A stretch of 41,928 nucleotides of DNA, from assembly GCA_051382335.1 (NCBI GenBank), contig JBBCAX010000037.1, forward strand, positions 1 to 41,928, given 5' to 3'. Origin of the DNA: Deltaproteobacteria bacterium TL4. Its GTDB lineage: Bacteria > SAR324 > NAC60-12. The position numbers and the translations under genes were made by a program. Below the pieces are notes generated by a model that had not been told where the DNA came from, searched no databases, and was given only the letters and a program-made list of their open reading frames with translations. Shown piece by piece: positions 37,401 through 41,928 of the stretch. Position 1 is the stretch's first letter. Each line of letters starts with the position of its first letter.

Positions 37401-40400
37401 CTAAAAGCATTCCACTTTGTTGACTCAAACAATCAATTTTAATCAGTGCTGACTGTACGGTTTCATAATTCCCAGCATTGTCTACTGAAAAATATTTCAA
37501 ATTAGTGTCTGAGAATATAGCAATACGCTCAGTGTATAAACTAGAATTAGTTGTTGGTAAGCTTCCATCAAGTGTAAAATAAGTACCAACGCAGTCAGTT
37601 CCTGTATCTTCACAGGAAAGTGTAATGTACTGTGCTGAGGTAAATGTACCTTCATTCGGACTGATTTTGGTTTGAGGTGTTTGACTGTCCACAATGAGGG
37701 TAAAACGAGCACTTTCGGACCAATATCCGTTGGAATTACTTTCCTGTACGTATAGTGTGTGATACCCATCGTTGATGGTCATTGAAGGGGTATAGGTAGT
37801 GATAGGTATTACTATAGCTCCAGAACTTAGATCCCCATTGTCCAGTTTAACTCTGTATTGACCATTACCCCCACCACCAGGAGTCCAACGCCAAGATGGA
37901 GTTGTGTCTTTTGTCACAGCATCTCCTGTCACGTTAGGTGGGAGAGGGGGCGTTTTAACAATAATTTCATTCGTATAGTCTGAGTTACCTGAAGCATTAT
38001 ATGCTCTTACACGGTAAACGTAAGTTGTATTAGTTTTAAAATTTTTGTCTACATAGGATGCACTATTCGTTAGATTGATCAATTGGTAGGACCCACTGGT
38101 CCCTGTTTTTCTTTCTATCTTAAACCCTGATTCGTTGTTAGAATTATCTGTCCAATGAAAAAACACCCCTAATGATGAAACATCATCGATACTTAAATTT
38201 GTTGGATCATCAGGTTTTGATTCATTGGGAGCAGTATACTTCCATAACGGACTTTCTGCAACCGCATGATAGGAGTCTTTAACCACCACTTTCCAAAAAT
38301 ACACTTGGTTGTAAATCAAGTTTAATGGAGCGTAAATATTAGTACTCTGTTCTGAACTCACTAATGGAGGATTAGCATTTGTCCCCCAATAAACATCGTA
38401 AGTTAAAACATCCCCATCTGCGTCATTGGTGCTCCAACTGGCAATAATGGCAGAAAAAGTTCCGCTAATAGTGGGAGAGGATGGTGTACTTGGGATACTG
38501 TTGTCAGTAACAGCTACAGATTCGGCTGAATAGATCGAATGCGCGCTTTCTTTGTATGCTCGCATTCTATAAAAATATTCAGTATTTCCCTTTAAACCAG
38601 AGTCACTATAAGTATTGGTATTAGCGGATAGAGTCGCAATTTCACTGTAGGTTCCTGTTGTACCAGATTTACGCTCTATCTTGAAACCTTCCTCATTATT
38701 TGAAGTATCTGTCCAGGTGAGATTGATTTGAGAGGATGATGAATGGGTCGCTTTAAAATTAGTAGGGGATTCAACTTGCGTAAGTTCTAATGTGCTGAAA
38801 CTCCATACTGGACTGCTGGTTGTAGTGTTTCCATCAGATACTATCACTTTCCAATAATAAGTAGTATCGCTGGAAAGTGTGGCGACATAGCTTGTTTGTG
38901 ATTGGGAACCAGAAACAAGAGGAGGATTGCTATTGGTCCCCCAATACACATTGTAATAAAGGGAATCATTATCAATATCACCACCTTGCCACTGCAATGT
39001 ATTACTATTCTTCGAAACTATTGATGTATTGGGAGGAAATGGACTATGTGGAACATCAGGAACATTGTTACTGACTTCTATCGAAAACGTTTCACTGATA
39101 GCATAACTGGAATTGCCTTTGCTATCTAAAGCAACAAGTTTGATCTTGAACTGATTGGATGCAATATTAGGAACTTTCCATGAGTAACTACCGTCGTTAG
39201 TATCTTGTTGATTTTCTGTGAACCAGGTACTTCCTCCATCTAAAGAATAAAGAATCGTGATTGAACTCACACTATTGCTGTCCGTCGCAGTCCAAACAAT
39301 GCTTTGTGTATCTCCATTGCTCCAGGTTTCCCCTCCTGAAGGGGTGGAGATGGTAATAGATGGACCTGTTTGGTCTGTGATACGAAACTTACCGCTATTT
39401 ACTGTCGTTTTGTTGCCAGCTTCATCTAATGCTGTAATATAAATTTGTACAGAGTCTGCTTCAATGTTAGGAACACTCCAATTATAACTTCCTGTATTCG
39501 GAACTGATCCAGCAATGGTGTTAAAGTTGTTCCCTTCATCTATAGTATATTTCAAAATAATATTAGACACCCCAATACTATCTTCAGCAGTCCAGTTAAC
39601 ACTGTAGTTTGAACCAACTGATAAAGAACTGTTTGTTGAAGGAGTCAACAATGTTATTTCAGGTGCGGCAACATCAGTGGAAACATCAGCATAATTGTAG
39701 TATATATTTGCGTATCCCCCGTTATCAGCTACCCAAACCGCCGATAAAATATCAGATGAAGATACGCTGCTAGACGGAGTCATTGAGAGTGGTTGAGAAC
39801 TATTCATGTTGATTTGGATAGGATTTGACCATGTATTGGTAATTTTTTGCAAATAGTGAATTTTATTTGTATTATTTTGGTCTAACCAAACTATCTGAGG
39901 AGCACTATTTGAGTTTATGCTTACTGTCGAAAGAGCATATCTGTTGGGTATAGAAACGATTTTTTCAGGATCACTCCAACTACTACCATCAAACACAGAA
40001 TATTCAACACCTCCATAATACGAAAAAACCAAATGGGTTTTATCTCCATCGAAAGCAAACTCGCTATAGGCTCCAGACCCAGTTGATAACAGGAATGGAG
40101 TAGACCATGAACCGTTTTCCTGCCAAGTGATAACTTGGAAAGAATTACCACGTTGAAAACCTACAACAACTGTGTCGTTTTTAGCTAAACCAATAGATGG
40201 ATATCCTGCTTCTTGTTGATAGATAGTTGTAGGATAACTCCAAGAACCTGTAGTACTTCGCTTAGAATAATAAATTGCATCAGAGCCTCCTGTTGTGCTA
40301 CAAGTTGAGTTTTTCGAACGACCATCAACCCAAACCACATGTATATTATCATGAGTATCTATCATTATATCGGGCATAAAAGAGTCCGTGTTATTATTTG

Positions 40401-41817
40401 AGACACTTTGAGGAGACGACCACAAACTTCCAGAAAGTTTACTGTAATAAATTTCGCCTGTATTTCCTGAATAACATTCAATCTCCCAAATCACATGAGG
40501 GTTGTTTAACGTATCTACAACGACTTTTATTGAGTATATAATGTTGTCATAGGATGCGATTTGTTTTGCAGAACTCCAAGTTGAACTATTATAGTTTTTC
40601 TTTTTGTAATAAATAACATTTGCTGAATGATAAACTAGGTGCTGACTTCCTTGTGAATCTGTGGTTATATCCAAATCATAATTACTTCCAGAGAGACTTG
40701 TAATTGTTTGAGGTGAATGCCATGGTATTGGTGGTGGTTGTGAACTGTCTTGAATCGAAAATGAATCACTGAATATTTCAACTTCGTTCAAATTAATATC
40801 AGTTATATCAAAACGCAGTTTAGCATTCGAATGAATACCAATATTGCTGGGAATTGACCAAGTGTAAGGTCCTTCGAGATTCGAAACTAGCGGTAGCGCA
40901 GTATAATCTCCCGCATCATTTACAAACCAAATTCGAATGAATGCCAATTGAGTAGAGCTTAAAATATCCCATGTAATATCGAAAGTACGTCCAATATCCA
41001 ATATATCTCTTGCTTTGGGTGATGTAATCCTAATTTCAGGGAGAACACTATCGATAATGGAGTAGGGACCAACAATCTTTTCAATACTATTTCCAGTAGT
41101 ATCTTTCACAACAATCTTTGATTTAAAAAGCTCATTTAGTGGAGCGTCTTGAGGAATGTTCCATTCATAATATTCATGCCCCTCGTTTCTGATTGAAACA
41201 TTAGTATCAATTGTATTCCAGGTAACTCCATTGTCTGTTGAATAATACAGGTCAACACTATTGAAAGCAATATCGTCAGAAACAACATACACAAGATTAA
41301 CATTCTGATTTCTTTTTAACTTCCCTTCTCTATCCCACTGAATTTCAAAGGCGTTTATTAGGGGAGGAGTCTCGTCGAAGTAATTTACTTCGTAACTATT
41401 TTTGTTGTTATTCGTGCTGAGTTCTGTAAATTGCCCTTCGTTATCCGCATGAACTGTGAAATAGCTGGTTCCACTGACTAAGTTTTTTACTATAAAATCG
41501 AAACTATAAAATTTGTAAGCACCAGGACTTAGCTCAGGTATGAATTGTGCTTTAGAAACATATTCGTAGTCTTCTCCATTCTCATTTTGAGAATAATACA
41601 GGTGAAGCTCGGCAGCTGAAGAAGCAAAATTCCCCTGATTTTTAACATTAATGCTTGCGGTAACTGTATTTTCATTTGCAATGGTACCAACAATGGTAAA
41701 CTCAGTAATAATTAGATCAGGATTCGAATATTTAGTAGTAAAACTCCAAATAGGCCCTTCAGTAACTAGATGTTTCTCATCTCTTGCGGTAATGCGCCAA
41801 TCATAAGTGTTCGTGTT
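31417..41817 (-). CDS. Giant multidomain surface protein/adhesin, 5'-truncated (CARDB, Ig-like, beta-propeller, Fn3, Fn3-associated, beta-solenoid, 11 Calx-beta-like repeats, duplicated C-terminal module)
   Basis: The track ORF starts at GTG 41292, but I translated the same frame open up to 41817 (…TYDWRITARD…EGPIWSFTT-PDLIITE…VKNQG…E.STNNN), where TAA at 41818-41820 closes it. No signal peptide or convincing start is present. Confidence 0.9.
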   Translation of the reverse strand, partial: NTNTYDWRITARDEKHLVTEGPIWSFTTKYSNPDLIITEFTIVGTIANENTVTASINVKNQGNFASSAAELHLYYSQNENGEDYEYVSKAQFIPELSPGAYKFYSFDFIVKNLVSGTSYFTVHADNEGQFTELSTNNNKNSYEVNYFDETPPLINAFEIQWDREGKLKRNQNVNLVYVVSDDIAFNSVDLYYSTDNGVTWNTIDTNVSIRNEGHEYYEWNIPQDAPLNELFKSKIVVKDTTGNSIEKIVGPYSIIDSVLPEIRITSPKARDILDIGRTFDITWDILSSTQLAFIRIWFVNDAGDYTALPLVSNLEGPYTWSIPSNIGIHSNAKLRFDITDINLNEVEIFSDSFSIQDSSQPPPIPWHSPQTITSLSGSNYDLDITTDSQGSQHLVYHSANVIYYKKKNYNSSTWSSAKQIASYDNIIYSIKVVVDTLNNPHVIWEIECYSGNTGEIYYSKLSGSLWSSPQSVSNNNTDSFMPDIMIDTHDNIHVVWVDGRSKNSTCSTTGGSDAIYYSKRSTTGSWSYPTTIYQQEAGYPSIGLAKNDTVVVGFQRGNSFQVITWQENGSWSTPFLLSTGSGAYSEFAFDGDKTHLVFSYYGGVEYSVFDGSSWSDPEKIVSIPNRYALSTVSINSNSAPQIVWLDQNNTNKIHYLQKITNTWSNPIQINMNSSQPLSMTPSSSVSSSDILSAVWVADNGGYANIYYNYADVSTDVAAPEITLLTPSTNSSLSVGSNYSVNWTAEDSIGVSNIILKYTIDEGNNFNTIAGSVPNTGSYNWSVPNIEADSVQIYITALDEAGNKTTVNSGKFRITDQTGPSITISTPSGGETWSNGDTQSIVWTATDSNSVSSITILYSLDGGSTWFTENQQDTNDGSYSWKVPNIASNQFKIKLVALDSKGNSSYAISETFSIEVSNNVPDVPHSPFPPNTSIVSKNSNTLQWQGGDIDNDSLYYNVYWGTNSNPPLVSGSQSQTSYVATLSSDTTYYWKVIVSDGNTTTSSPVWSFSTLELTQVESPTNFKATHSSSSQINLTWTDTSNNEEGFKIERKSGTTGTYSEIATLSANTNTYSDSGLKGNTEYFYRMRAYKESAHSIYSAESVAVTDNSIPSTPSSPTISGTFSAIIASWSTNDADGDVLTYDVYWGTNANPPLVSSEQSTNIYAPLNLIYNQVYFWKVVVKDSYHAVAESPLWKYTAPNESKPDDPTNLSIDDVSSLGVFFHWTDNSNNESGFKIERKTGTSGSYQLINLTNSASYVDKNFKTNTTYVYRVRAYNASGNSDYTNEIIVKTPPLPPNVTGDAVTKDTTPSWRWTPGGGGNGQYRVKLDNGDLSSGAIVIPITTYTPSMTINDGYHTLYVQESNSNGYWSESARFTLIVDSQTPQTKISPNEGTFTSAQYITLSCEDTGTDCVGTYFTLDGSLPTTNSSLYTERIAIFSDTNLKYFSVDNAGNYETVQSALIKIDCLSQQSGMLLGSGLLIFGNTSCGQADDRVIIANGYTLNWDGSNAPFSGTITIKTGGKLIIIGNTQISGTLALEGGTLEIGGEVVIQGTLDTRGSTLLLSGSLNISTGTFQANNSTKLILTGDSVLTFDQAVSIGQLSLNDHALVLSSSNSDITVTQNVTLDHVNERIITGAADFILLGALTMSNGLITSTGGTIALNAGGNISGGVLITTGGTVELSSTEATTFSGNSTLALYNSTLQSADSGTVASIIFSDSPNVSMYGGSISDIQVSGGTISTHDTSSIGTVVNVSTHTSGFTIGSISGNVQESGTWATFSVNLTSRPQGDVVLGIASSDNTEGTVSPSQLTFTSDNWNAPQTVTVTGVDDNVDDGDQTFNAVISLISSADSAFVADDLRNVTLNNIDDETAGVTVSSISGNITEEGSTATFTVKLNSQPTANVNLALNSSDYTEGTISSSMLTFTSDNWNGLWTVTVTGVNDDVADGDQTLNIAFSVASNDPKYNSLQVLPVTVTNIDDDQAGFLIGEIQGSPTEEGGSATFTMRLSSKPVSDVTVGISSSDSDEVTVSLSSWTFTPDNWNSAKTITLTGHDDFLVDGNQPVSIILSQATSGDPNYNNLNPTDVTVFNADNDTAGFLVSNVGGPVSENGSGSTFTVRLSSKPTANVSFDLSSSDTGEGTVSHSSLTFTPDNWNSIQTVTITGVDDVIIDGSQAFYIHLFPAISSDSNYNGLDPSNVNVVNVDNETPGFVISATSKNTTEQQTTATFTVKLTSQPSAKVVIGVSSSDNSEGTVSISTLTLTPDNWNAQNTVMITGVNDEVQDGNQSFKILLSKAVSADSNYHDMKPDDVNVINEDDDVAGITVSSISGKTTEQGGTATFTVKLNTQPVSDVSITLSTSDNTEGVVSPKTLTLTENNWNGVHTITITGVNDEVLDGDQAFKVILGEIISDDPHYNALNPDDVTVINEDDDIGGFMVSEISGQTDEAKTSATFTVRLKKQPGSNVTIHLSSSDTTEGTISQDSLVFTAENWQSFQKVMVTGVNDDVQDGNQAYKIILSKAESSDLNYQDLDPADVEVINIDDDIAGIVLGTISGETSESGDSATFTVKLRSQPTHPVTLNLSSSDIGEGDTELKTLVFTPVNWNSTQTVKVLGINDSLADASQNYRIQLTASSLDDHYQNLTPPTVEVINRDDDSAGFIISEMSGSTTEEGGTASFTVRLSSEPFFSVTLPLKTSNLHEGTLSSTELMFTPDNWNTDQTVVVTGVDDMIKDGDQRYNINLGKSISKDNSYNNQIPPAIEVTNIDNDEAGIVVSSISGNTDENGTTATFTIELKTQPLSNVKIGFSSSNPKEGIIEPAELIILKEDWKTAHPVTVTGVSDEMKDGDQPYLIQLTRSNSLDPNYHDLPLEDVKVTNVDVTEARFIVSEITGKPSENKDQATFTIKLSSKPAADVLLKIKSTDMTEGMVLPNTVLFNDQNWNAEHAIRIIGLNDSIKDGDQTFNILFDPAKSLDPNYEGQIPEKNFTTENLDNDPEVVISDSDPSGTDSGNDPGTIPEPPEPQKLTGEGGSKAEVPKGATVWIDEVSGVQTISSIPTFGSGNVEAITTTIEKDGSMTNSIQVGNLTTEVHLPVGTETQVTETGVSTSKTPEVSISSGKTLTTSTVTNADGEIEVEVTVKGIDGNSESIVLPKIQPGSSVEIDNVAKKIVVVSALNLPSSNSSEKGARASINPSSYFVGRDIASKKAVTIVPANGDPQTGSIQLTMTKDFEGTETKISVEGEAQILIGKEPHTSKEIVVENKAQTLAIPQGGKLVSLPANLSLKVSELETKFAAVDAVWVYRTVPKTWAFYSSNRELSNALLKLEVNKIASPLLPGDGIWILTNNAVTLRFSDNGDYDILDEKIIPSLSSGWHFIGNSNATTAEGIGFKNITDQNANIRSLWKYTGKQWHVFTTDIQLKKAYEEKNLVLLPENTMIQPGEAVWIEVTDEKNAKNLRHSDIPPTMRTGPNVDYYWTLNI
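32866..36560 (-). repeat. Eleven tandem ~112-aa Calx-beta-like repeats within the giant protein
   Basis: Recurring AG..VS.ISG.T.E.G..ATFTV.L.S.P…SSD.TEG…LTFT.DNWN..QTV.VTGVDD…DG.Q…D.NY…N.DDD unit, counted 11 times and diverged at DNA level. Confidence 0.9.
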
Positions 41818-41928
41818 TTAAATACTATGATTTCAATCACATAAACAGCCACCTTCTTTATATCCCGCTCCTCAGTTCTCTATCCAATCGCATCAAGGAT
41901 GTTTCCCGATGTTGATAATTTGGATCGA

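Noticed and set aside
32618..39442. Many 60-106 aa plus-strand ORFs opposite the giant gene
   Set aside because: Antisense shadows of the repetitive adhesin coding sequence.

Overview
A bacterial chromosomal segment of moderate to low GC. Gene content and style suggest a Deltaproteobacteria-like lineage such as SAR324, which is an inference only. Left to right it carries: a glycerolipid or glycerophosphodiester catabolic cluster (FGGY kinase, GlpD-like FAD dehydrogenase, MDR quinone oxidoreductase, GDPD); a two-gene envelope operon with a candidate sigma-54 promoter; DUF4416; a SemiSWEET/PQ-loop-like transporter; gcvH-gcvP; two serine hydrolases of the PBP/beta-lactamase fold; an MCP; a STAS protein plus a double-7TM SpoIIE phosphatase; ilvC; rho-rpmE-prfA; an orphan HAMP-PAS-GAF histidine kinase; and a giant (>3,400 aa) mosaic surface protein with 11 Calx-beta-like repeats. 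The giant reading frame is cut mid-domain about 110 bp from the window end. Intergenic DNA holds several unrelated palindromic repeats (GTAG-type REP tandem, GGAG-type REP doublet, a candidate TTA-flanked MITE), two gene remnants (a histidine kinase ATPase fragment and a possible FadR C-terminus), and a candidate promoter-structured RNA-terminator unit upstream of the kinase. I saw no rRNA, tRNA, CRISPR array, intact transposase, phage gene or defence system. I cannot confidently claim a new biological system. The best leads are the giant mosaic adhesin, the kinase with chemoreceptor-like inputs and its candidate leader RNA, and the double-7TM partner-switching module.
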